A stretch of DNA of 64,000 bases from Laetmonice hystrix (lineage: Eukaryota), in NCBI GenBank assembly GCA_965235115.1, contig OZ249444.1, positions 23,808,001-23,872,000 on the forward strand. Direction: 5' to 3'. Of the stretch, positions 53,056-64,000 are shown one piece after another. Below the pieces are notes generated by a model. That model saw nothing but the letters and a program-made list of their open reading frames with translations, ran no database searches and was not told the DNA's origin. Made by a program: the position numbers and the translations under genes. Each line of letters begins with the position of its first letter. The first letter of the stretch is position 1.

Positions 53056-56000
53056 CTGTAGAATGAGTGAGCTTGGAATAGGTAATCAGGATGCCTAGGG
53101 TAGTGGTGTCCATTCTGTCCGCCATCTTCGGCCTTTAGCGGGTGGGGGAAGAAATGCTGGGGCGTTGTACGTTTAGATCATAAAAAATGAGCAATAACGT
53201 TTTTAATACGAAATTAACGCCAATATACTTTCTATGCTACAAATCACATTATTCGTGCACTGTGCAGTATGGGAAAGTCGTGGTAACTCACGGCATGGCG
53301 GTAATAACTTGGGAATTTAGTTTCTCTTTTCCCTTAGGTTTGGTCACCACTTTGTCCTCTATTGGACAGTCGGATTCCTACACAAAAGCGGCACCATTTA
53401 CAGGCACCCATTATTGGGCGGAGAGATTTATTTAATCCGGCTAACAGATTTCCACATAAACATGGACACACCTATGGCCAGGTCATTCAAATATGTGGAG
53501 AACCTGAGATAGGGGGAAAGGTTTATTTTTCATTTGGAGATCGTTTCTCACAAGTTCTCTTCTAACAGGAGGTAAGCCAAGGCACGTCCTTAGCAAAGAA
53601 CACAGAAATGTTTAAATCATGCAATGAGATTTTCTAGTATTACTAGTAAACCATTGCTAGCAACTTCTGTTTCCCCTCCTAATGAAATCACATACAAATA
53701 CTTTCCTATACTCTGAAAGATGTAATCAATCAGAAAGGGCCCAGATTATTTTTCCTTCTCTTCTCATGTACTGGAATTTCAAGCTGATTGAATTCCAAAG
53801 CTATCAATTCAATAAAACAAGTAATACAAAGTATTTGTCACTATGGAAAACAAACATAATTCAATTCCAGGTAATTAAACAACTTTACCACATAATGATG
53901 TCATTATTCTCAGGATTATTCCTTTAACATTTCAACTACGAGGTTCATCAAGCGCCAGAAAATGAATTATGCAAAATCGAAGAACTGTTCCACCTAAAGA
54001 GTAACAAGAGAAAGACCACCGCACGCATGTTAAGACTTCACCGTGTAACTGTCAATTGCTTTCGACAACCACAACAATGTAATTATTGGTTCTGATATGT
54101 CAACGACAAAATACATTTCCCAACAGTCACCCCAAACTTCAATAAAGGAGGCGACTTCTTGATCCTTTGGTAGTTGTGGTAGTAAGCTAATATACTTTTT
54201 GTAATTCTTCCAGTCTCCTCTCATCTTTAAGAAGTTCTTCCTCAATGAATTTAACTCCTATTCCTGTGTGTTGTGCTTGAATTGTTCCCTTTTTAAGGGC
54301 ATATTTTTCCCGCGCCTAAATGCTCCCTTCTATTACTTGAATTAAATATGTCTAATTCCGACATCAGATCTAAGGGGACAGTGCTCAGATTCTATTTCTG
54401 TTGTTCACATCTGACTTTGATTGCTGAGTTGCTTTAATTCCCTTAGCAGCGTTTTCAGTTATCAGCAGACCTCAAATCACAGACATTTGAAACCTGGTTT
54501 CTTATCCAGTGAGCAGATACTTCCACCATTCCCTGGCCACATAAAAATCTGTGGGGTAAAGCACGCAATGAAACCCTATCACTCTCGGGCCAAATCAATG
54601 GAGGATAAAAAAGTGCGATGTGATACATCAGTAAGCTTTCCTGTCTCACAAACAGTGAACTTTTCTCCACGTCTTCGATCTGTTTCTCTCCTGTACGGCC
54701 ATGTACCCCATCAGCCGTCTGGAGACGCCCCCCCCCCCCCCCCACACACACACACACAACCTCGCCCGGGGGCCCGGCTTGAGTTCGGACAATCAAAGCC
54801 GGTTAATAAAGACGACTAAAGCCGTCAAACTGGCACCATATCCTCTCAACGGGATAACGTCTCTACACATGGGCAGGGGCCCGGTCAGCCAATCCAGTGT
54901 CTGTACACATCGGCAGCGGTGGTCATATGGGGTGAGATGAGATGTTGACTCTGTCTGCCGTCAAAATGAACTTAGTGCAGCATTCCTTTACATGTAAAAA
55001 AACATCCAGAATTTGCTTCCTTTGAAGCCACTGAATGTAAGTCTACACAAGACCTGCTGGACCCCTGAGGCAGCTCTAGGCTTTGATTTTCGGAAACATC
55101 ATCACATTCAACATTTAAAACCTTTACCTAACTATTCAACACCAACATGTTTCTGACTACAAACATTTATTTCTAGGGTATAAAAACTAATAAAAGGTGA
55201 GGCTAAAAATGAACGATCTTTGAATGAAAATAACACTAAAATAACAATAAAATCTCAAACGACACAACCATGTTCTCCGTCTGTTGTTTCGGTGCTTTCT
55301 CACTTGAGAGGCAATCCCTGCTTCACTCACTAATCTCAGTCATGTTTATTCCTTGTTCCAATAATGTTTCTAAATTACTCCAAATTATTCATTTCAGTTG
55401 GCAAGTATAACCATATTAATTGGGATGATTCGATCTTTCAAAACACTGCGGTTTTGAGTTGACAACTTCCTTCAATATTGTTTAAAAAATAATTGAAATT
55501 CTACCAAAGGTCACAAGTGTTTTCCTTCAAAGGCCACAGGCTCATTGTGCTAGAAATCTGTGTTATAACAAAGTTACTTGTCTGACATCCACAAAATCCT
55601 ACCGTCCTCTGCTTGTGACAATGCTGGATCAAACCTTAACAAGAACATGAGATAAATTTACTTTTTAACAATCAAACTCTTCTCCTTCACACTATAATGT
55701 CAGACAAGAAATTTCAGAGCGACGTTTTCAAATCTCATTATCTAGACACACGCAGGTGAAGTATTTCTTTCTGTGTGTTTAATTTAGACAGCAACTAGGA
55801 ATCGTTGCAGGTTATGGATCTACCATTTACTTGGAACCTGAATAATAGCAAAGCAATGTTAAACATGACTCTTCTAATGGATGTAAAGGCTGACCACAAA
55901 TTAGCCCTTAACAATGATGATAAAATTAGTACCTGTTGACATTGCATTTCACCTAGATATTCAATAAAAATATATTTTTAAAATATCTAACCGATGCTAT

Positions 56001-57069
56001 TGAAGGGCTGGCATGCTGTTAAAATTCTTAAAATATACTTTGTAGATATTGCCTGACAAATCTTTGTATGAACTGAGTACCTTTGGTGGTCGGCCTTTAA
56101 GGCACCACATTCTGACATCAAAGTGAGAAACATGACAGTCGTATAATATGAATCCGACTGTCTCTCTTCATTTCCTCCTTCTTATCTTTTCATGCAGATG
56201 AAATGGAGAAAATTCTTTTCAATTTCACTCTAATCTTTGTAAAAAAAGTGACGTTTAAGCTTGTTAGTCCTACACTGGCACTCCCCACCATTCCATTCAT
56301 TCCAAGTAGATTATACCAGGTCACAACTGCAGAATTAACTTGAATTCTCTTAATTTTCAAATGAAATGGCAAAAACGTAACTTCTGTATCATTTACACCT
56401 CCATGTAAATCTATCTTCTGAGGCTTCTAACTAAATATTTCCTTCGGTAGCTGACATTGTAAATATTATTTAACCGTCTTGTTTTCTCAAGTTCAAAGTC
56501 TAGCTTATCAAAACGAAAGGTAGTCCTATTTCAGATTACTCCTTATGTTAATCTTATATAAAGTAGACGAGCAGCATGACATGATAATGATTGACACAAG
56601 CACGTACTACATGTGATCACGACTGTATCACGTACAAAGTCACGCGTCCATTAGTTTTAACCCCAGTAAGAATGCCCAGATTATAAAATCAAAACGAGGC
56701 CAGCTGTACTGGTGTCAGAGGCGGCGTCACAGAGTCATGTGACTACAAACATCACAGTCAGCCAATCAGGAGTCAAGAACTGAGCAGAGCTTCCACAAGA
56801 TAGACATTCCTTCAGTTGTCAACAGTACCGTGGCAACAGAAAAAAGGAAACATTACATTCAAAAGCCATCAAACAAAGAGGAAAAAAGCCATGAGGTACC
56901 TTCCATTTGGTATATCTGCCAAAAATAGAATGCGTCGCTTAACTTGTAAATCATACGGCAATAAAGGATGATGCAACTTAGAAATAGGGGAACACAAGAT
57001 GTTTCGAACATGGGCTCACAATGGGAAGATGGGGGAAAAAGCCAATGATTATCGTATGGTATACCTTAC

Positions 57070-57105
57070 CAGAAGGCCGTCGCATTGTCCCATAATGTTG
57101 TTCAG
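57070..57105 (-). CDS. MAP4K4: Probable 36-nt exon of the MAP4K4/misshapen-like gene (LNNIMGQCDGLL or EQHYGTMRRPS, frame unresolved)
   Basis: Acceptor cttgtctcttgtacctag and donor gtaagg; length 3n; two frames open. Confidence 0.45.
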
Positions 57106-58953
57106 CTAGGTACAAGAGACAAGTAAAAAGGGAGATCGGATCATAATGCTGGGTAAGGGTGACTGCAGTGCTAACTGTGACATGATGTGGACACGTTACG
57201 TCATGAGTTCTCCAATAGAAAGTTAACGGTTAATAAATCCTGGGGAAAATGAGTTGTCAGCTATAACAGTTGAGACAATCACTAAGTGCAGAAACATGCA
57301 ACCAAGGATTATGTTACTGGAGAGAGCGTGTTACCAAACATGGCACACTCGATTAAACGACTTGATTTTTAAATGGGACTCCTCTCTTAAACAATACCTG
57401 CCTGACTGAATTACGAGTACAAGCTATTAGTGGTAGAAAACAATTACAATTCTTGCAGGTGTCACGCCACATTAAGTATTAATGAGAATGCTTACTTTCT
57501 GTGCTGACTGCGTGTAATTTTTCTGTGCTCTTTTTGTTTGTGGTCAACAAACACTAACTGATCATTTGCTTGTTTCTGTTTGTTAAATGGTGCGAGTTTG
57601 ACGGGCTGTGACTTTTAAAGGGTTAGAAATGTTTCTGCCAGCGTCCAGAATTAATTCAATTATAATAGCAGTGTACATCAAGAGTAAGTAACGACCCCTA
57701 AATCATCCCTATGTTACCAAAATCCTGATTTAAGTATTTACGGCACCGACTCCACAATGTACCCTTAGTAACTTCCTTTTCCTGTGACCTGTCATGTCAT
57801 CGTTCAACCTGCCGACAACAATCGGTCTCTACCAGGACTTAAACTTGGCACTTCCAACACTTTAGCAGCCTACAATCCAATTATAACAATTGGGCATCGT
57901 ACAGCTGTGCCGGCTGGTCGTCCGCCATCGCCACCGGCTAACCCTGTGTGGGGATCGGAGCAGTTCGAAACGGACCTGTTAAAGGGGGACTCCTAGCGGG
58001 AACTTGGTATGCAGACCGGGCTCTCAGTGGCTCCCTCTGGCGGGCCGAATGTGAACCAGCACCTCCTGGGAACACTGGCTAACGTCATCCCTCACCCATC
58101 GAGCTGGTAACCACGATACTGACACGTCACCTGATGGCCAGGATTCGCGGGGTATTCTGGGATACTTTCCGTTCACTGATCTGAGACGAGTTAATCAGCT
58201 CAACATACCAGGGATAGACAATTCTGTGGATAAAGTTATTTGTAGTGGTTAATCAGGGAAAATATCCTAACACCAAACTAAATCCCCTCAGCTGAGACAT
58301 AGTCTGAATGAGGCTGAAGGGCCAATCAGGAGATCTCTGAAAGCAGCGCCCCCTATCGCCTGGTGTGGCATTCTGGGTAAAGATCAATTCCGAGATGTCA
58401 TAATAGGCCCGGCTCATCTAGCATTCTGACCACGGTCACCTCCCTCTCTCTATGTTCCCACGATAACCCCGTCACAGTTCCAGGGCTGTCAAAAGCTCGC
58501 CATCCTGAGGAAGACAAGGTTGTGATGTGCATAAAGTCCACAAGAGGGCGCCGTGGATCATTGCGCATGCCCGTCACGCCCCCAGGGCGACTGGATCCAC
58601 TTTATTCACGGCTTCATCCACTAATCAGACCCACTGCTTTCCTCTTCAATTTACCTGGGCGCCTGCAGAATACTGGCGCTGGGTGCCATGGTAACGGTGT
58701 TAGTAACAGTTTCTCTACCCCGACCTGCCTTCAGGGACCGACTGTGGCCTGCTAAGGTCAGGCAAAGGCCACCTCCCAATTATCCCAAGGGGGGAAGCTC
58801 AGCTGAAACGATTACCCCTGCTTGACCAGTCCATTCACAGCTCTAATGAGGTTATTGTCAGCGGCCAATACGGTCAGCCTGGCCAGCTGATCATTGGGCA
58901 GCTGATCAAACTAATACTTAGAAACGTTCACCCTCACTCACTCACCCACCCAC

Positions 58954-59136
58954 CAGGGGCGGGTCCAGAGATCTTCAGGAGGATGGGGGGGGGGGGTAAC
59001 CTTGGGGCAAATCAGGAGCATATTCTAGGACATCATCCGGACTTCTTCTTAATTTTTTTTTTTTTTTTTTTTTGGGGGGGGGGGGGGGGGGCTAGGGGGC
59101 TGTAGGCCCTTAGCCTTTCCCCTGGATCCATCTCTG
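58954..59136. mobile_element. Short MITE with degenerate caggggcgg(g/a)tccag TIRs and internal poly-T/poly-G tracts
   Basis: 5' end caggggcgggtccag, 3' end ctggatccatctctg (about 11/15 complementary). Confidence 0.5.
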
Positions 59137-60588
59137 CCTGCACACACCACACACAACTGCCCGCACGCATTGCCTAAAACTCAAACACTGACGGGGAATA
59201 ATGCAAACCACAAGGATCATCTTACAGTCGTGGTTTTGTCATTAAAGATGATGAACGGCATGCAAACTGAATCCAAAGTGGTCAATTAGGAAAACCTGGA
59301 AAGAACCATGCTTTGTCCACATGCTTTCTCCATTGGAGCATTAAGACTTGAGGAATAATCTTCTTCATGTGGCAAGAACAAAAATCTCCTTCGTTTATCA
59401 AGGTGTTTCTAAAACTTTCAAACTACCAATCAATGTCTGCTTTTGGAAGACAAAGATCACAAACCAGAGCCTGAATAACAAAAAGTGTCGCTAACGAGCC
59501 TCATTACGACGTTAATGTGGTGTTTGCATGAGGCAAATAGTGACCGAGCCACAACTGAACTCAGCAGTCGGGATTGATGTGGCAGCTGGAAGAGCAGGAA
59601 CTCGAGGAGGCCGGAGACTGACTGACTGGTACAAACTGTTCTCAACATGGGCCAAACCGGAGGGGGGGGGGGGGCACAAACCATTCGGAAAACGCCTGAC
59701 CCTTTTGGAAGGAAAATTTAAATTCTCACAAATATTGATCAAACTGACATCAGATAAAAACATCATATCACACCTGGTCTCCATCTCAAAACATCTTCCG
59801 AACCCCCACGCGTTGCCGGACCAATCACTACCAGTACTGGTACACGGAAAGACAGATTACAGACATGGTAGCCTAAGTACGAGACAGCTCCTTTTCTTAA
59901 GGGCGCAGATACCACCAAAATTGACCTGTTGGACCAGTCCTTCCGACAGAGCGCTAAATGACATGCCTGGTTTCAAATTGAAAGGGAAACCGAGAAAAAA
60001 TCAAGACAGTCATATGATCTAGACGATGACGGAGGGTGGAGGGGGTTAACCCACATCCTGTCACATATGTATTCCAGTCCATTTCTCATCACATGCTGAT
60101 ATGTTGGGGGGGGGGGGGGGGGGGTTATACACACCGGTTCAGACACCATTCGGTGCTGCTTTATTCAGGTCCATACTGCCTGTACGTCACGTCTACAAGG
60201 GGCAAAACCTGGTGCAATTTCAAACAGAAGGTGCATGGACGAAAAAGAAAAGAAAAAACTTAATTTTGTAGGATTTTCTTTTGGGATGCTGCTAATGAAG
60301 AACAATCAAAATCAATTTTACTATTTCACAAAGAAGAATTAAACCAAATAAGTTATTATTTACAAGCTGGTATTTTTTCTTTTTCATCCTTTCATGTTGA
60401 AATTATTTCCACCACGTGAAATATTTTCAACACAAAACAAAAAAGCATCAATCAACGCGACGGAATTTCAATGACAAGGGCAACTAATTGTTCTAATCCT
60501 GACAACGCCCTATCATTAAACTTCAAAATTCAACAAAAAAACCTTTTTCAACCCCTTGGGGCAACTGGTCACTGCAGACCCTACCTAC

Positions 60589-60630
60589 CTCCGTCTGTTT
60601 AGGGCTATCCCTTATCATCTCCCAAGAAGG
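60589..60630 (-). CDS. MAP4K4: Probable 42-nt exon of the MAP4K4/misshapen-like gene (PSWEMIRDSPKQTE)
   Basis: Acceptor tgtcgtctattgcag and donor gtaggt (alternative donor 4 nt further, gtaggg). Phase 0 matches the upstream exon. Confidence 0.5.
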
Positions 60631-61366
60631 CTGCAATAGACGACAGCGACACCCATGAACTGACACCGACATAATGATCCTGGGACCGACACGTTCTATG
60701 TATACACTCACACATACGTATTGTACTCTACCTACACAGTCACACACACACCCTGACATGTACGAAAACACAGCCCGACTTGGGAGCCTGAATCTAATGA
60801 AGCTACGATGTGCCTCACAACCTATAGAAGGCGAGGTAAGTTCTATTATTTGCCAGTCCCATGGGTGGCAATTTTAGGCGTTTCTGTAGTCAGAAAATAT
60901 CTCCTGGAGTTGGCCATCATGTTACTGAATACTATGTATCAGCTCTTTCTATGACTGCTAACCATCTACAAGAACGGCAATAGGAATTCTTCTTGGTATT
61001 TTGGTACGATGATTTGGTTGATTTGGTTCGGGGTTTGATATTTTGTTGTATGTGTTCATGTTTTTATGGTGTCAAATTTAAACTATTTTAATTTTTTTTT
61101 ATCCGAAGTTTGTTATTACATTCGCTTTTTTTAAATATATTTTATATGAAAGAGAGTGAGGGGGGAGGCTTCTGTCTTTTTGTCAATTTTTTTTAAATGC
61201 CTACAAAATACATAACATCGTTTTCAATCATAAGATACAACGGTAGAGTGACAAGTACTAAACTAGAGAGTTGTGCATTATACGGGACAGCGTGACCGTA
61301 CAGTAATTGTTGGCATCATCTCCGTGAGCAGAGATTGAGGATGACTAGCAGACGTGATGAGCCTAC

Positions 61367-61491
61367 CTTTCTGACGACTAGAGTTCTATCATCTCCGGGT
61401 TCGATATCCCGTTCCGGGAGTTGAGGGGGACTGGATGACGACGCCGGATGGATGATTGGAGACCGGGCAGGCAGCGCTGGTGGCGACTCCT
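61367..61491 (-). CDS. MAP4K4: MAP4K4/TNIK/misshapen-like kinase linker exon (EESPPALPARSP...PPQLPERDIEPGDDRTLVVRK)
   Basis: Acceptor cccttggttgcccag and donor gtaggc; phase 1 to 0, compatible with the previous exon. RTLVVRK resembles the GTLIVRQ/GTLMIRE motif of MAP4K4/TNIK. Confidence 0.75.
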
Positions 61492-63598
61492 CTGGGCAAC
61501 CAAGGGAACCAAAGACTGCTATTAGAAATACTAGAAACTGAGAATCTTAAATAACAGTTGTATCGTGGGGTAACTTACAACTGTACAAATACCTGCAGAC
61601 CTCAGGTAAAGCATATCCCTCCACCGAACGGATGGTCGGTCACACAATACTATAAATCAATATCCCTACTCTATCAACAAGTCACTGTCAGTAATTCTGA
61701 ATCAAACTTCTACCAACCACAGTTAATACAGTATTAACCAAAGCTGACTCGATAATGATCTGGCTACTCCATTATCAAAGTATTTATTAGTCTGGTTAGT
61801 TTGTCAGTACATTTTCAGGATAATTTTCATTAAAACAGCGAAGCCTACATTGATAAACATTACAAAACTAGGCTACAGAGTTGAACTTCTATGTACACTA
61901 AGAGTAACACAAGACAAACTATATCACAGGCGAAGTAAAATTCTATTAAACACTACTTTAAACACAGTCCTTTTTTTACTTTGAGTGGAGGAAAACTAGT
62001 ATACACAATGATACGAAATAAGGTGACCATCTAAGAGATCATTATCTAGTTTTAAAAAGTTCAGAAAACAAAATGAAGGGATTGAATTAAGTTTAAAATT
62101 CTCGAATCTTCAAATTGTGCAATCAGGGGGAAGACTGTGCAGTTTAGGATGGTATCAGTTTTTCTGTCATGTCAACTGCTATGAATTTAAAAGAAGAATT
62201 TCCTAAAAATGCAAAGTGGTTGTTCCGGCAAGTTGTTTTACTAGATATACCCGGTACTGATATCAACATGACTGAAGAACCTATGAGACTTCCAACAGTC
62301 TCATTAATATATGTTATCACTTAGAAAGAGATTGTGATTTGACATAGAAATCTGTTTCACTATTCTGACACCTGCACCTCCTCAAATAGTCCATCGTCAT
62401 CACAAAGAACTGCCCGCTTTCAAAGTCAGCACCACAACACCGTGAAATCTGCAACCTATTGTGCTATAACTGTTAAATTCGCTTCTAGAAATCATCGGAT
62501 TGAAATCCATTCTATGTTAAACATGCGCAGAAAGTTGTCGTCACAGATTTCAACTAGACTGAAGGCTGACTTTGATTTTAGGGTCAATTGATTTGTGACT
62601 TTCTTACACCATAGTCATTCTAGCATTCCCTTAAATATTAAACTGTAGGCGTTTCATCCGGTCTCCTCTAAAATGTCATAGCAACAAGTACAGTCACATA
62701 TCATATATATGCATCTTAAAATACTACAAATTCAAGCCAACATTAGCCTGACACTGGCTACAAAAAAATATTTCAAACCTTCCGTGACTTTCAAAATTTC
62801 GGTACATTCAGATTTCAAAATATAGGCCAGACAATAAAATCACAACTCAGATATTCCAACACGTTTATCTTTAACAAAACATAAATACATTTTACTTGTA
62901 CTTGGAACACCACCTATAGTTCTGGCTAGGTGACTTTATGTCGTTCATGAAGGAATTCTCTCACCAACTTATTGCTATGACATTCTACAGGACTATACAC
63001 CCAAAGTTATCGGAGTATTCCTTAGACAACACCAGGAGACGAGTAATTGTGTGAATGTGTGTGAGTGTGTGTGCGTGTTTCCATGTGTTTCCTCAGATTG
63101 TAAGCAGGGTTAGGACTCAGGGTTACACACCAACATGGCCTGATCATTCATTACCTGGGGGTTTGGGTACAGGCTTATTTCTGCGCCCATCTAAAACAAG
63201 ATGCGCATTGTCAGATGACTTTTTATCTCCTATCACATGTGTATCAATAAGGTAAAAAAATATATACATATTGTCCACGTGATATGGCTTGAAATCCCGC
63301 ATTCCAAAATGATAAAACGTCACAAAAACATCTACTTATGATCCCAAATTGACCAAAATATATTTTTCAATGACGTGAACACAACTAAAAGCAGAACATC
63401 GACTGGATATATCTGTACTGGCTTCGAATATGTTAGCTTGTCAGAAATGTGTCCTTGTCTAAATGTGGCATAACTATTTGAAATATATATAAACTATGTG
63501 GAATGTCAAATATAACCCTTTAACATGCGGCATGTTTTAAGTCTTATTCTGTTAAGCAAGCACTGGTATAACATCTAAAAGACACAAAGGTCGCTTAC

Positions 63599-63660
63599 CT
63601 TCGTGTATGATCATTGACTCTAACGTCTCCAATGTGTCTCGGTTGTAGCCCCCTGGCGGC
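63599..63660 (-). CDS. MAP4K4: MAP4K4/TNIK/misshapen-like kinase linker exon (PPGGYNRDTLETLESMIIHE)
   Basis: Acceptor ggttcttttctag and donor gtaagc; 62 nt, phase 2 to 1. ESMIIHE resembles MAP4K4 ESVKTMIVHD. Confidence 0.8.
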
Positions 63661-63882
63661 CTAGAAAAGAACCAGATATAACGTGATGAAGACTATTCAT
63701 GTAATACCTACTCTGATATTTGCATTCATAAAAATATATCAGTTCCGGTAAACTAGAGTCAATCAATTTTTTAAACTTATTCTATGAGCTCTGTATGATG
63801 TGAACTTGGTTAAAATCCGATATCATCATCATAGTCCGTGGAGATTTGTAGAGAAGTATACTTAGTTCAATGTTACACTGAC

Positions 63883-64000
63883 AGGGGGCGCGGCGGTTCT
63901 GAAGCGAGCATAGTTCCGTCGTGCCCAGTAGGGGCCGTTTCATCATCACTGTCCTCCTCCTCCTCTGGTGGGTTCGGCATCGGTCTGGATCCTCCAGAGG
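63883..64000 (-). CDS. MAP4K4: MAP4K4/TNIK/misshapen-like kinase linker exon, truncated by the window edge (SGGSRPMPNPPEEEEDSDDETAPTGHDGTMLASEPPRPL)
   Basis: An acidic tract followed by HDGTMLASEPPRPL matches the GCK-IV linker motif (TNIK HDGTVAVSDIPRL; insect DGTLLASDPP.PL). Donor gtcagt in phase 2 joins the next exon in frame. Confidence 0.82.

Noticed and set aside
53569-53571. Plus-strand 3-nt microexon pattern ctaacag|GAG|gtaagc
   Set aside because: No plus-strand spliced gene supports it; likely chance.
53400-56400. Apparent pseudogenised minus-strand ORF in an AT-rich region
   Set aside because: Stop frequency (about 1 per 15-20 codons) is near random expectation and no motif was recognised.
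63647-63892. CTCF-like motifs at 63647 and 63880
   Set aside because: They fall in or overlap kinase coding exons (Pro/Gly codons), which explains them.

Overview
Animal (probably invertebrate) nuclear genomic DNA. I saw no prokaryotic features (no operons, CRISPR arrays or rRNA). There is an assembly gap at 1641-2307. Two protein-coding signals are well supported. (1) Several spliced minus-strand exons at 57-64 kb encode the low-complexity linker of a STE20/GCK-IV kinase (misshapen/MAP4K4/TNIK/MINK-like; motifs 'EEEEDSDDE..HDGTMLASEPPRPL', 'ESMIIHE', 'RTLVVRK'). (2) An intronless 322-aa stand-alone NHL-repeat beta-propeller ORF lies on the plus strand at 43962-44930. I found no exons for the kinase's conserved C-terminal CNH domain in the remaining 57 kb, so the NHL gene may sit antisense inside a very large intron, or the kinase may end early. 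The rest is repeat-rich. It holds at least eight unrelated minisatellite arrays (83, 80, 27, 31, 57-58, 47, 57 and 30 bp units, plus an interrupted 38-bp one), a TTAA-flanked long-TIR MITE with its empty-site paralog beside it, a duplicated 595-bp element with hairpin/inverted ends, SINE and LINE remnants, and decayed coding-like tracts. Most long ORFs in the supplied track are artefacts of tandem repeats or N-runs. All family assignments come from motif recognition by eye; no database search was run.
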